This document shows positions 23,185 through 33,003 of a stretch of DNA of 64,000 nt, piece after piece. A program made the position numbers and the translations under genes. The stretch's first letter is position 1, and each line of letters begins with the position of its first letter. Source of the DNA: an uncultured Pseudomonadota bacterium (GTDB lineage: Bacteria > Myxococcota_A > Polyangia > Fen-1088). Location of the stretch: the NCBI GenBank assembly GCA_963847705.1, contig CAWKBC010000007.1, positions 64,001 to 128,000 on the forward strand, read 5' to 3'. The notes beneath the pieces were generated by a model. The model saw only the letters and a program-made list of their open reading frames with translations. It did no database searches and was not told the origin of the DNA.

Positions 23185-24030
23185 ATGAACAAGCTCTGGT
23201 TCCCGTTCGCTGCCGTCATCCCGCTCGCCCTCGCCGTCTCCTCGACCGGTCAGGCCGCCGGAGAGAAGCCGCCAGCCGGTGCTGCTCCCACGGCCGCGGC
23301 CGCCCCCGCGCCCGCGGCGCCAACCGCCGCCGGCGCCACCACCGCGACCTGGTGGGGGCACGCGGCCTGGATCCTCACCACGCCGGCTGGCGCGACGATC
23401 GCCATCGATCCCTGGCTCGACAATCCGAACGCGCCCAAGATTGATCACCCGAAAACCCTGGACGCCATTCTGGTCACGCACGGCCACTTCGACCACGTCG
23501 GAAACGCCGCCGAGCTGGCCAAGGCGACCGGCGCCAAGCTGATCACCTCGTTCGAGCTGGCCACCCTGATCGGCGCGGCGAACGCCGAGGGGATGAACAT
23601 CGGCGGCACCATCACGGTCAAGGACGCCACCATTCACCTCGTCGAGGCGGTGCACTCCGGCGGGTTCGGACAGGACAAGACGGGGCCCAAGTACAGCGGT
23701 CCGGCCCTGGGCTTCGTCATCGAGATCGCCAAGGGGCCGACGCTCTATCACGCCGGCGACACCGACGTGTTCCCCGGGATGTCGCTCATCGCCGATCGCT
23801 ACCACCCGACGATCGCCATGCTCCCCATCGGGGGCCACTTCACGATGGACCCCGTCGGCGCCGCGCTGGCGGTCAAGCTGCTGAAGGTCAAGACGGTCAT
23901 CCCGATGCACTACGGGACTTTCCCCGCGCTCGCGGGCACGCCCGACGAGCTGCGCGCCGCCCTCAAGAAGGAGAAGAACGGCGCGAAGGTCGTCGAGTTC
24001 AAGCCGGGCGAGCCGCAGACGTTGAAGTAG
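23185..24030 (+). CDS. Metallo-beta-lactamase-fold hydrolase (UPF0173-like) with signal peptide
   Basis: WWGHA, IDPW, THGHFDH, HAGDT, LPIGGHFTM, IPMHYGTF; AGGAG RBS. Confidence 0.9.
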   Translation: MNKLWFPFAAVIPLALAVSSTGQAAGEKPPAGAAPTAAAAPAPAAPTAAGATTATWWGHAAWILTTPAGATIAIDPWLDNPNAPKIDHPKTLDAILVTHGHFDHVGNAAELAKATGAKLITSFELATLIGAANAEGMNIGGTITVKDATIHLVEAVHSGGFGQDKTGPKYSGPALGFVIEIAKGPTLYHAGDTDVFPGMSLIADRYHPTIAMLPIGGHFTMDPVGAALAVKLLKVKTVIPMHYGTFPALAGTPDELRAALKKEKNGAKVVEFKPGEPQTLK

Positions 24031-24143
24031 ATGCGCGGGGGCCGGCTCGCCCTCCCCGCGGGTGAGCGCGCAGAGCCGGCCTCGCCATTTCGCCTCGCCC
24101 GCCATTTGACCCAGGGCGATTATTCAAATTTGACTATGGCCGG

Positions 24144-24752
24144 TCAAGAGGATTTTTCGCGCTTGCGATGCCCGGCGCCCGGCCGCGAAACCGCGGCCGA
24201 TTTGCCCACCTCGTAGGTCCCCCGTTCGAGCCGCCCCATGAGCGTGCGGGCCCAGGGGATCTCGGCGTTCAAGATGGCGTGCATGCGATCGTAGAGCTCC
24301 TTGACGTGCTCGGGCGTCTCCGGCGGATGGATCTCCTTGCGCGAGAATTCCAGCTGCTTGAGCGCCCCCTCGAGCGCGGCGATCCGGTGCTCGAGCGCCG
24401 CCGACAGCTCGGCCGCGCTCAGGCTCGGCATGAAGCAGAGCGCCGGCATCAGCTCGTCGAGCGGCGGCGCCACCCTCCACCAGGTGGCGCGCAGGAGGGT
24501 CTGGTACTCCTTTTCGCCGTCGACCGTCAGGCTGTACTGCGTCCGCTCGGGGCGCCCGCCGATCTGCCCGGTGCCCACCACCTTGAGGAACTTCTCCTTC
24601 GTCAGCGTCTTGAGCGCGTTGTAGATGGAGCCGGGCGCCACGTTGGCCCACTTGTCGACCCGCCAGGTCAGGAGCTCGCGCCGCACGTCATAGCCGTGCA
24701 CCGGCTGGAAGAGGCGCACCGCGCCCAGAACCAGGAGCCGCGTCGACGACAT
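24144..24752 (-). CDS. PadR family transcriptional regulator
   Basis: LLVLG...PVHGYDV...PGSIYNALKTL...RPERTQYSLT. Confidence 0.9.
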   Translation of the reverse strand: MSSTRLLVLGAVRLFQPVHGYDVRRELLTWRVDKWANVAPGSIYNALKTLTKEKFLKVVGTGQIGGRPERTQYSLTVDGEKEYQTLLRATWWRVAPPLDELMPALCFMPSLSAAELSAALEHRIAALEGALKQLEFSRKEIHPPETPEHVKELYDRMHAILNAEIPWARTLMGRLERGTYEVGKSAAVSRPGAGHRKREKSS

Positions 24753-24758
24753 CGCCGC

Positions 24759-25271
24759 TCAGGTCAGCTTGATCTCGACGACCAGATCGTTCGCCAGCCG
24801 TTCCAGCTCGGCGCGCAACCTGGCCAGGTCGGTGGCAGGCGAGACGCGAACGTGCGCGTGGGCCTCGAACAGCATCTCCGCCGACATCGGCGCGCTCACC
24901 CGGTTGGTGGTCAGCTCTTCGACGTTGACCCCCTGGCCCGCCAGCAGCTGCGAGATCTCGCGGACGATCCCCGGCCGGTCGAGGCCGACCAGCTCGAGCT
25001 CCATGCTCTTCTCCGCCGGCGGGGCCGCCGGACGCGCCGCCGTCTCGACGATCACCTTGAGGCCGCGGCCTTCCAGCGCTGCCAGCGCCGCCGTCGCCGC
25101 CACCACCCGCTCCGTCGGCACCTCTGCGCGCAGGATCCCCGCGAACTTGCCGCAGAGATGGCTCATCCGGCTCTCCAGCCAGTTCCCGCCGTGCGCGGCG
25201 ATCACACCGGCCACGAGCTCGACGAGCCCCGGCCAATCGGGCCCCAACAACGTGAGCACCAGGTCCGTCAT
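24759..25271 (-). CDS. Tandem ACT-domain protein (GcvR-like)
   Basis: LTLLGPDWPGLV...GGNWLESRM...GKFAGIL and ELVGLDRPGIVREIS. Confidence 0.88.
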   Translation of the reverse strand: MTDLVLTLLGPDWPGLVELVAGVIAAHGGNWLESRMSHLCGKFAGILRAEVPTERVVAATAALAALEGRGLKVIVETAARPAAPPAEKSMELELVGLDRPGIVREISQLLAGQGVNVEELTTNRVSAPMSAEMLFEAHAHVRVSPATDLARLRAELERLANDLVVEIKLT

Positions 25272-25297
25272 GCGCGGGAGGATAGCGCATCGCCACT

Positions 25298-25415
25298 TTG
25301 GGAACCCTCGAAGGGTTCCCAAACCCTCCCGCGACGACTCCGCCGGGCGAAGCCCGCCTCCGTCCACGCCAACAACTTGGGAACCCTCAAAGGGTTCCCA
25401 AACCCTCCCGCGACG
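25298..25415. repeat. Two copies of a 39-bp REP-like hairpin (TTGGGAACCCT-cra-AGGGTTCCCAA-ACCCTCCCGCGACG)
   Basis: Copies at 25298-25336 and 25377-25415; related single copies near 33920-33956 and 46624-46656. Confidence 0.85.
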
Positions 25416-25430
25416 CGAGCGGCGCGGTCC

Positions 25431-26102
25431 CTACGGGGTGGCGCTGGCGTTCGGCGCGCCGGCGCGCGGACGCCCCAGCCGATCCAGGTCCCGCTTGGGC
25501 GCCTTGGCGGCACCACGCGAAGCGCAGACTGCGTCGACCAGATGACGTCCGCAGGTGCCTGCGCGCGTCTCGCTCCGCTTGCCCGGCCAGCTCGCCTCGA
25601 TGCTCTTCTCGTGGCAGTCGGCGACCGCCGTATAGATGGTGTCATCGGCGCTCGGCGCGATCCCGCCGGTCGGCGCCCAACGGAACAACGTCCCGCCGCC
25701 CATCTCCCGGACGGAGTCGCGATCGAACACCAGCCGATCGCCGGCCTCGCGCTCGCAGGCAACGTCCCAGGCGCCTGAGGCTGCGTCGTCGTCCTCCGGC
25801 ACGGTCACGCTCATCAACGCGCCCCGAGACGGACCTGCTGTCCCGATCGGCGGCCCAGCGACCACCTCGGTCGTGCTGCAAGCCTCCGCCCTCGTCCACC
25901 CGACATTGCTGACATTGCCGACATCGCCGTCGTCGCCGACACTCCCCTCGCCGCCCACGTTGCCCGCGGTCGCTGCGTCGGCCTCCTGCGCTTCACGCGC
26001 CTGCTGCACCTCCCGCCGCCATCCGAAGTCGTCGAACCCGTGTCCCTTCTCTCGAACCGCCGCTCCCGCCAACATCATCAACCCCGTCACCACGCTCCTC
26101 AT
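25431..26102 (-). CDS. Hypothetical protein with Cys-containing C-terminal domain
   Basis: ORF fills the intergenic gap and has a purine-rich leader; no recognisable family. Confidence 0.45.
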   Translation of the reverse strand: MRSVVTGLMMLAGAAVREKGHGFDDFGWRREVQQAREAQEADAATAGNVGGEGSVGDDGDVGNVSNVGWTRAEACSTTEVVAGPPIGTAGPSRGALMSVTVPEDDDAASGAWDVACEREAGDRLVFDRDSVREMGGGTLFRWAPTGGIAPSADDTIYTAVADCHEKSIEASWPGKRSETRAGTCGRHLVDAVCASRGAAKAPKRDLDRLGRPRAGAPNASATP

Positions 26103-26300
26103 GATCTTCCTGTCGTCCTTTCGTTTGCCTCAGCCTCTGCTTCGGCCTGCGTTTTCAGTTTTCAACTTCATCGCGATCGTACCGGTCATCGGTCCGACCT
26201 CAGGGAATGTTGAGGGCCAAAACACCGCGACGCAACCTTTCGCTCGAATGTTTACGGGCGGTTCACACCGCCGAAACCAAACCGCGACGTCAATGTTCTG

Positions 26301-28229
26301 TCAGGGCTCGACGGCGCCCGCGGCGCAGCCAGTTTGCGGGCGCGGCATGCCGCGCTGATCCGTCGCCGGACAGTCGACGCCGATGCCAAGCGCCGGGCTT
26401 CCAGCGGCCGGAACCTGCGTCTCGGTGTCGCCGCCGTTGTCCTGCAGCGCTCCGAGCTTCGCGTCGGCGAACTTCGTCGACGGCGTGCAGGGGGTGTCGG
26501 CGTCCGTGCAGACGGTGTGCGCCATCGGCCACTGGACGTTGCCGTCGCCGGTGCTGGCGCCGTCGGCGCAGGCCATCGGGGAGCCGCAGTCCATCGTCGT
26601 GTTGTTGGCGAAGATCGTATTTCGGATCGTCAGCGCGGTCCCGCCCGCGATCGCCGCCGCGAAGAGCCCCGCCCCACCCGGCGAGCTGTTGTCAGCGAAG
26701 GTGCAATTGACGATCGTGCCACCGTTTCCAAACAGCGCCAGCGCGCCCCCCAGGCCGTTGGTCGCGCTGTTCCCCGAGAAGGTGTCGTTGGTGAAATCGA
26801 ACGTCGTGCCGTCGGCCTGGATGGCGCCCGAGCCCTTCGCAGAGTTGCCCGCGAACGTCGAGCTGCTGATCACCAGCTCGGAGTTGTGAAGGTAGAGCGC
26901 GCCGCCGTTCATGGCCTGGTTGCCGGTGAAGGCGCAGAGGTTGAAGGTCGTGGTTCGCTGTGCGCCGTCCGGGGTGCGCCCGAGGGCGCCGCCCAACTCG
27001 TTGGCCACGTTGTTGGTGAAGGTGTCGCCACAGAACATGTCGTCGCCGTCGTCGCCGCCGTCGATCCCGATCGCCGCGGCGTTGCCGCCGTTGCCGATCT
27101 CGCCGCCCCGCACCGAGCACTTCGTGGTGTCGACGGTGTTCTCGCCGCTCCCCAGCGCTTTGTTCCCGGAGAACGCGCTGTCGACCACCTGCAGATCGGA
27201 GTTGAGCATTCCGATGGCGCCGCCGTTCGATCCGCTGTTGCCGGTGAAGGTGCTCCCCTGGACGATCACCCCCAGCGATCCGAGGGCGTAGATCGCGCCG
27301 CCACCCACGTCCGGGCCGAGCGCCGGCGCCTGATTGTTGGTGAAGACCGCGTCGATCACGTGCAGCAGGCCGTTGCGAACGTAGATCGCGGCACCCCCTC
27401 CGTCGGTGTCGGTCCCTTGCGAGCAGGGCGCCGGCGCGGTCGGGATCGCGGTTCCGGTCGAGCGACCGTTCGTAAGCGCGATCTGCTGCAGGGTGACCGT
27501 GACGTGGCTGGTCCGATAGTTCGGATCGCTGAAGCTCAGGAGACGGACGTTCCCGCCACCATCGAGCGTGATCCGGTTGCCGCCATCGATGGTCGTGTCG
27601 ACGTTGGTGGGGAGCGTGGCGGTCTGCGTGAGGACGATGGCCAGCGCGCCGCCGCAGTTGAAGGTGATCTTGCCGCCCAGCGCCGCGGCCGCACGGAACG
27701 CCGATTCGGTGCAGCTCGCGGCGGTGCCGGTGCCGACCACGTGGTCGGGCGTCGAGGTGTCGACCGGATCGAGAGGGGAGGGGCAGCTGGTCGGCGGCGC
27801 GCCGGTGCTTGCGCCTTGCCCCCCGCTGCCGCCTTGCCCCCCGCTGCCGCCTTGCCCCCCGCTGCCGCCTTGGCCCCCGCTGCCGCCTCGGGCGCCACTG
27901 CCGCCTTGGCCCGCGCTGCCGCCTTGGCCCGCGCTGCCGCCTTGGCCCCCGCTGCCGCCTTGGCCCGCGCTACCACCTTGGCCCCCGCTGCCGCCTTGGC
28001 CCGCGCTGCCACCGTGGCCCCCGCTGCCGCCTTGACCCACACTGCCGCCTGCGCCTCCGCTGCCGCCTGGGCCCCCGCTGCCGCCGCGACCGCTCGACGA
28101 GCTTCCGCTGCAGGCGCCCGAGACGAGCGCGAGCGAGAGCAGGAGCGCCGCGGGGCGCGGCCTCACGAGAGGGAGATGTCGAGGCCGGGCCGCGGCCGGG
28201 CGCAGATGGCGACGCCAGGAAAAGCTCAT
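26301..28229 (-). CDS. Secreted lipoprotein with Gly-rich linker and parallel beta-helix (Pmp-like GGAI/FxxN repeats, choice-of-anchor-Q-like end)
   Basis: Lipobox VSGAC; GGAI...FTGN repeats; LQDNGG.T...SPA...TDQRG.PR C-terminus; GGAGG RBS before ATG 28229. Confidence 0.85.
   Translation of the reverse strand: MSFSWRRHLRPAAARPRHLPLVRPRPAALLLSLALVSGACSGSSSSGRGGSGGPGGSGGAGGSVGQGGSGGHGGSAGQGGSGGQGGSAGQGGSGGQGGSAGQGGSAGQGGSGARGGSGGQGGSGGQGGSGGQGGSGGQGASTGAPPTSCPSPLDPVDTSTPDHVVGTGTAASCTESAFRAAAALGGKITFNCGGALAIVLTQTATLPTNVDTTIDGGNRITLDGGGNVRLLSFSDPNYRTSHVTVTLQQIALTNGRSTGTAIPTAPAPCSQGTDTDGGGAAIYVRNGLLHVIDAVFTNNQAPALGPDVGGGAIYALGSLGVIVQGSTFTGNSGSNGGAIGMLNSDLQVVDSAFSGNKALGSGENTVDTTKCSVRGGEIGNGGNAAAIGIDGGDDGDDMFCGDTFTNNVANELGGALGRTPDGAQRTTTFNLCAFTGNQAMNGGALYLHNSELVISSSTFAGNSAKGSGAIQADGTTFDFTNDTFSGNSATNGLGGALALFGNGGTIVNCTFADNSSPGGAGLFAAAIAGGTALTIRNTIFANNTTMDCGSPMACADGASTGDGNVQWPMAHTVCTDADTPCTPSTKFADAKLGALQDNGGDTETQVPAAGSPALGIGVDCPATDQRGMPRPQTGCAAGAVEP
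27812..28085 (-). repeat. 18-bp coding tandem repeat (GGSGGQ/GGSAGQ)
   Basis: About 14 units of ccttgSccccScgctgccg; boundaries approximate. Confidence 0.85.
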
Positions 28230-28269
28230 CGGAACCTCCAGGTGACCATCAGCGTAGCGGACGGCGGTC

Positions 28270-28317
28270 ATTGCGTAAAATGAATTGTTCGCGACCGTCC
28301 GTTGCGAGTTTTGCAAT
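28270..28317. promoter_or_regulatory. IlvY-type tandem operators (O2/O1)
   Basis: ATTGCGTAAAATGAAT and GTTGCGAGTTTTGCAAT, 31 bp apart, in the divergent intergenic region. The layout resembles the enterobacterial ilvY-ilvC region as I recall it. Confidence 0.65.
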
Positions 28318-28329
28318 ACTACGCGGACC

Positions 28330-29250
28330 ATGGACTACGACACGCTCCGGCTCTTCCTGCACCTGTCGCGCACGCTGCACTTCCTGCGCACGAGCCGCGC
28401 TTGCCACGTCAGCCCCTCCGCCCTCTCCCGCGCGGTGCAGCGCCTCGAGCGCCAGACCGGCTGGCCGCTCCTCGAGCGGGATCGCCGCTCGGTGCGCCTG
28501 ACGCCGGAGGGGGCGCGCTTCGCCGCGCACGCCCGCGAGACCCTGGAGCGCTGGGAGGAGCTGCAGCGCGACCTGCGCGGACGGCGCGAGACGCTGACCG
28601 GGACGATCGTCCTCTTTGCCTCGGTGACCGCCTGCCAGACGTTTCTCCCCGAGCTCCTCAGCGAGTTCCGCCAGCGTCACCCGGACATCCACATCCAGCT
28701 GGAGACCGGCTACGCGGCCGACGCGCTCGAGCGTCTGGCGGAAGGGCGCGTCGACGTGAGCATCGCCGCGATTCCGGCGCGGGTGCCGCGGGCGCTGGTG
28801 GCGCGCGTCCTCCTGCACACGCCGCTGGTCTTCGCGGCGCCGCGTGCGGCCTGCGAGGTCGAGCGCCTCTCCCACCGGCGGCCGATCCCCTGGGCCGAGC
28901 TGCCGATCGTCATGCCGGCCTCGGGCCAGGCCCGCGAGAGCGCGGATCGCTGGTTTCGCCGCCGGCGCATCGAACCTCGCATCTACGGCGAGCTCCCCGG
29001 CAGCGAGGCGATCCTGGCGCTCTGCAGTCTCGGTTGCGGCATCGGCATCGTGCCGCGCCTGGTGCTGGAGGAGAGCCCTCTCGCCTCCAAGGTGCGGATC
29101 CTCGACGCCGACGATGCCCGCGAGGCGCTGGGCGAATTCCGCGTCGGCGTCTGCACGCAGCGCAAGAAGCTCGGCTCCCCGCTGGTGCAAGCGCTGTGGG
29201 AGTCGTTCCGCGCCCACCCCGCACGCACGGCGGCGGTCTCCGCCCGCTAG
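28330..29250 (+). CDS. ilvY: LysR-type transcriptional activator IlvY
   Basis: LFLHLSRTLHF.RTSRACHVSPSALSR, LFASVTAC, IQLETG, EAILALCSLGCGIGIVP, FRVGVC. Confidence 0.85.
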   Translation: MDYDTLRLFLHLSRTLHFLRTSRACHVSPSALSRAVQRLERQTGWPLLERDRRSVRLTPEGARFAAHARETLERWEELQRDLRGRRETLTGTIVLFASVTACQTFLPELLSEFRQRHPDIHIQLETGYAADALERLAEGRVDVSIAAIPARVPRALVARVLLHTPLVFAAPRAACEVERLSHRRPIPWAELPIVMPASGQARESADRWFRRRRIEPRIYGELPGSEAILALCSLGCGIGIVPRLVLEESPLASKVRILDADDAREALGEFRVGVCTQRKKLGSPLVQALWESFRAHPARTAAVSAR

Positions 29251-29291
29251 CAGCGGCCTGGCGGGCGATTTGATGCAGGCAATGCATCAGG

Positions 29292-29489
29292 ATGATGTAC
29301 CCGCTGGCGATCGCCGCGTCGTTCCGGGCCGCCGGCAAGGGGAACGCGCCGCCGGCGGGCGACCGCGCGGTGCTGGCGACCTACCTGGCGCTGGTCGTGG
29401 GGCTGACGGCGTTGATGGTGGCGGCCCACCACGGCGCCGGTGACCTGCCGGTGCGAGCCCACGCCCAGGGGGCGGCGTTCAGCGTGTGA
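29292..29489 (+). CDS. Small hydrophobic ORF or gene remnant
   Basis: 65 aa with one hydrophobic segment and GC3-rich codons; overlaps the ilvD stop by 11 bp. Confidence 0.25.
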   Translation: MMYPLAIAASFRAAGKGNAPPAGDRAVLATYLALVVGLTALMVAAHHGAGDLPVRAHAQGAAFSV

Positions 29490-31140
29490 CCGGCAGCGTG
29501 ATGGCGCCTTCGGCCGCCGAGGAGACGGCGGCGGCGTACTTGGCCATCACGCCGGTGCGATAGCGCGGCGCCGGCGGCTGCCAGCTGCTCTCGCGCCGGC
29601 GGGCCTCGACGTCGAAGTCGACATCGATGCGGCGCGTGTCGACGTCGAGCGTGATGGTGTCGCCGTCGCGGACGAAGGCGATCGGACCACCCACCTGCGC
29701 CTCGGGGGCGACGTGCCCGACCATGAAGCCGTGGGTGGCGCCGGAGAATCGCCCGTCGGTGAGCAGCACGACGCTGTCGTCCAGCTTCTGCCCGACCAGC
29801 GCGCCGGTGACGCCCAGCATCTCGCGCATCCCCGGGCCGCCCTTGGGCCCCTCGTAGCGGATGATGACCACGTCGCCCGGCTTGATCTGGCGCGCCTGCA
29901 CGGCCGCGAAGCAGGCCTCCTCCGAATCGAACACGCGCGCCGGGCCGCTGTGCTGGCGGCGGTCGTGGCCTGCCAGCTTCACCACCGACCCGTCCGGGGC
30001 CAGCGAGCCGCGCATGATGGCGAAGCCGCCCCGCGGGCTGAGCGGCCTTCCCACCGGCCGGACGACCTCCTGGCCCGTCGTCTCGAGGGCGGTCTCGGCC
30101 TCCTCGACGATGCTGTTGCCGTTGACCGTCAGGCTCTCCTGCAGCATCCCCGCCTCGAGCAGGCGCTTGGCCACCAGGCGGACCCCGCCGGCGCGGTCGA
30201 AATCGGTGGCGAAGAACCGCCCGCCCGGCTTGAGGTCACCCAGCGTGGGCGTGCGCGCGGAGATCAGGTCGAAGTCTTCCAGCGTCAGCGGAACGTTGGC
30301 TTCCCTGGCCAGCGCCATCAGGTGCAGGACCGCGTTGGTCGAGCCGGCCGTGGTGGCCACGGCGGTGATGGCGTTCTCGAAGGCCGCGCGGGTGAGGATC
30401 TTGCTCGGCCGCAGATCCTCGGTGACGAGGCGCATGACGATCTTGCCGGCGCGGATCGCGGCGGCGCTCTTGCGCGCGTCGACCGCCGGGATGTCGTTGA
30501 GCCCCATCGGGGAGATCCCCAGCATCTCGGCCGCCATCGACATCGTGTTGGCGGTGAACTGACCGCCGCAGGCGCCGGCGCCCGGGCAGGCCACATCCTC
30601 CAGCGCGCGCAGCTCGCTCTCGGTGATGCGGCCGGCGGAGCAGGCGCCCACCGCCTCGAACACGTCCTGGATCGTCACCAGCTTGCCGCGAAAGTTTCCC
30701 GGCATGATCGACCCGCCGTAGAGCATCAGCCCGGGCAGGTCGAGGCGGGCCAGCGCCATCATGGTGCCGGGGATGGTCTTGTCGCAGCCCGACAGCGCGA
30801 TGACGCCGTCGCACATGGCGCCGCGCACGGCGAGCTCGATCGAATCGGCGATCACCTCGCGCGACACCAGCGAGGCCCGCATCCCCTCGGTCCCCATGCT
30901 GATCCCGTCGGAGACGACGATGGTGTTGAACTCGATCGGCGTGCCGCCGGCGGCGCGGATCCCCTCCTTGACGTGGACCGCCAGGTCCCGCAAATGCATG
31001 TTGCAGGGCGTGGCGTCGGTCCAGGTGTTGGCCACCGCGATGAGCGGCCTGGCGAGATCGGCGTCCTTGAGCCCGGTCGCCTTCAACATCGCGCGCGCCG
31101 GAGCGCGGTTGATCCCCTTGAGCAGCGCGTCGCTTTTCAC
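29479..31140 (-). CDS. ilvD: Dihydroxy-acid dehydratase
   Basis: [71 protein letters not shown]; probable GTG start. Confidence 0.97.
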   Translation of the reverse strand: MKSDALLKGINRAPARAMLKATGLKDADLARPLIAVANTWTDATPCNMHLRDLAVHVKEGIRAAGGTPIEFNTIVVSDGISMGTEGMRASLVSREVIADSIELAVRGAMCDGVIALSGCDKTIPGTMMALARLDLPGLMLYGGSIMPGNFRGKLVTIQDVFEAVGACSAGRITESELRALEDVACPGAGACGGQFTANTMSMAAEMLGISPMGLNDIPAVDARKSAAAIRAGKIVMRLVTEDLRPSKILTRAAFENAITAVATTAGSTNAVLHLMALAREANVPLTLEDFDLISARTPTLGDLKPGGRFFATDFDRAGGVRLVAKRLLEAGMLQESLTVNGNSIVEEAETALETTGQEVVRPVGRPLSPRGGFAIMRGSLAPDGSVVKLAGHDRRQHSGPARVFDSEEACFAAVQARQIKPGDVVIIRYEGPKGGPGMREMLGVTGALVGQKLDDSVVLLTDGRFSGATHGFMVGHVAPEAQVGGPIAFVRDGDTITLDVDTRRIDVDFDVEARRRESSWQPPAPRYRTGVMAKYAAAVSSAAEGAITLPVTR

Positions 31141-31277
31141 TGCCGGCCAGTATGCCACGCCGAGCGCGAGGCGACGCTGGAAGCGGGCGGAGGAGCCAGG
31201 GCGCCTTCGGCCGCCACGTCGTGGGGCATATCGCTCTGCTCACCGTCGCCTCACGGCGACGCCCTGCTGGGCGACTG

Positions 31278-32603
31278 CTAGGCGACGCGGGCCGGCGCCT
31301 TGTCCAGTGAGCGGAAGGTGAGGCCGTACCAGGCGATGTAGACGTAGCAGAGGCCGGCCACCACGAAGCCGTGGTGGATCCCGATCGCATCGGCCAAGGC
31401 GCCCTGCACCACGGGGACGATGGCGCCCCCCACGATGGCCATGCAGAGGATGCCCGAGCCCTGGCTGGTGTGCCTCCCCAGCCCCTCGATCGCCAGCGTG
31501 AAGATGGTCGGGAACATGATCGAGTTGAAGAGTCCGACCGCGATGACGGACCACATCGCCACCGAGCCGTGCGTCGTCATCGTCACCAGGACCAGCGCGA
31601 CCACCGCCAGCGCATGGATCGTCAGCACCTTGGTCGGCTTCCAGATCCGCAGCGTCAGCGTCCCGATGAAGCGGCCCACCATCGCGCCGCCCCAGTAGAA
31701 CGAGACCAGCCGCGCGCCTGCCGATTCGGTCAGGCCGCCGATGGCCGGCTCCTTGAAGTAGTTGACGAGGAAGCTGCCGATGGCGACCTCGCCGCCGACG
31801 TAGAGAAAGATCGCCACCGCGCCGAGAACCAGGTGGCGGTAGCTCCAGGCGCTCTTGCGATCGTCGGCGCCACCGGCCTCGGAAAGAGGCGTGACGTCTT
31901 CGATCTTCGGGAGCCTGAACATCGCGATGGCGACCGCCAGCACGACCAGCGTCGCCGCCAGCCCGATGTACGGTCGCTGCACGGAGGAGGCCTCGGCGAG
32001 TCGATAGGCGTCGGCCGCTGTCGGGCTCATCTGGGCGATCTGGGCCGCCGATTTGGCGGCGGTGGAGAGAATCAACAGCGATCCGAACTGGGGCGCGATG
32101 GTCGTCCCCAGCGAGTTGAACGCCTGCGTGAGCGTGAGGCGCGAGGAGGCGGTCTCCGGCTTGCCGAGCGCGGCGACGAAGGGGTTCGCGGCGACCTGGA
32201 GCAGCGTGATTCCCGAGGCCAGCACGAAGAGCGCCAGCAAGAACAGGTTGTACGAGCGCGCCGCCGCCGCCGGATAAAACATCAGGCAGCCGGCCGCCGC
32301 TCCCCCGAGGCCGATGATGATTCCGTTCTTGTAGCCGAAGCGGGTGACGATCTTCCCCGACGGCAGAGACATCACGAAGTAGGCCGTGAAGAACGCGAAC
32401 TGGATCAGCATCGCCTTGGCGTAGCTCAGCTCGAACACCGCCTTGAGGTGCGGGATGATGATGTCGTTGAGGCAGGTCAGGAACCCCCACATGAAGAAGA
32501 GGGTCGTGAGGACCGCCAACGGCGCCGTGTAGTTCGCGTCCTGCCCTGCCCGCCGCATGGTTGCTGCGCGTTCAAGGGGGGTGACGGGAATCGTTCCGGC
32601 CAT
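31278..32603 (-). CDS. Glucose/galactose (FucP/GluP-type) MFS transporter
   Basis: [49 protein letters not shown]. Confidence 0.93.
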   Translation of the reverse strand: MAGTIPVTPLERAATMRRAGQDANYTAPLAVLTTLFFMWGFLTCLNDIIIPHLKAVFELSYAKAMLIQFAFFTAYFVMSLPSGKIVTRFGYKNGIIIGLGGAAAGCLMFYPAAAARSYNLFLLALFVLASGITLLQVAANPFVAALGKPETASSRLTLTQAFNSLGTTIAPQFGSLLILSTAAKSAAQIAQMSPTAADAYRLAEASSVQRPYIGLAATLVVLAVAIAMFRLPKIEDVTPLSEAGGADDRKSAWSYRHLVLGAVAIFLYVGGEVAIGSFLVNYFKEPAIGGLTESAGARLVSFYWGGAMVGRFIGTLTLRIWKPTKVLTIHALAVVALVLVTMTTHGSVAMWSVIAVGLFNSIMFPTIFTLAIEGLGRHTSQGSGILCMAIVGGAIVPVVQGALADAIGIHHGFVVAGLCYVYIAWYGLTFRSLDKAPARVA

Positions 32604-32687
32604 TTTTGCCCTTCCAGACGCGCGACGGCGCGGGGCGGCGACCATAACCGGCGCTCACCGCGCCGTCAAACGCGGCCGTGCAGCGTC

Positions 32688-32981
32688 TCAGGCCAGCGCG
32701 GACTGCGGCGGGCGCGGAGCGGGCGGCGGGGGCGCATCGGGCAGAACGATGTTGAGCTCGAGGACCTCGCAACCGCCGCTCTTGTCCAGGTTCACGGTCA
32801 CGTGCCCGAGGTCGATCTTCTCGTAGCGAGCGATGACGGCCAGCAGCTCCTGCTGCAGCTGAGGCAGGTAGTCGACACCGCTGCGGGTGCCGGCGCGCTC
32901 GCGCGCGACGATGATCGACAGGCGGTCCTTGGCCAACGTCGCCGATTTGGGAGCCTTCCGGAAGTAGTCGAAAAACGCCAT
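32688..32981 (-). CDS. minE: Cell division topological specificity factor MinE
   Basis: SATLAKDRLSIIVARER...YLPQLQQELLAVIARY...LELNIVLP. Confidence 0.95.
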   Translation of the reverse strand: MAFFDYFRKAPKSATLAKDRLSIIVARERAGTRSGVDYLPQLQQELLAVIARYEKIDLGHVTVNLDKSGGCEVLELNIVLPDAPPPPAPRPPQSALA

Positions 32982-33003
32982 GGTGGACCTCTCCTTCGGA
33001 CGG

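Noticed and set aside
25298-25415. CRISPR-like geometry (39-bp palindromic repeat, 40-bp spacer)
   Set aside because: Only two copies, no cas genes or leader, and the same motif occurs singly elsewhere, so it is REP-like.
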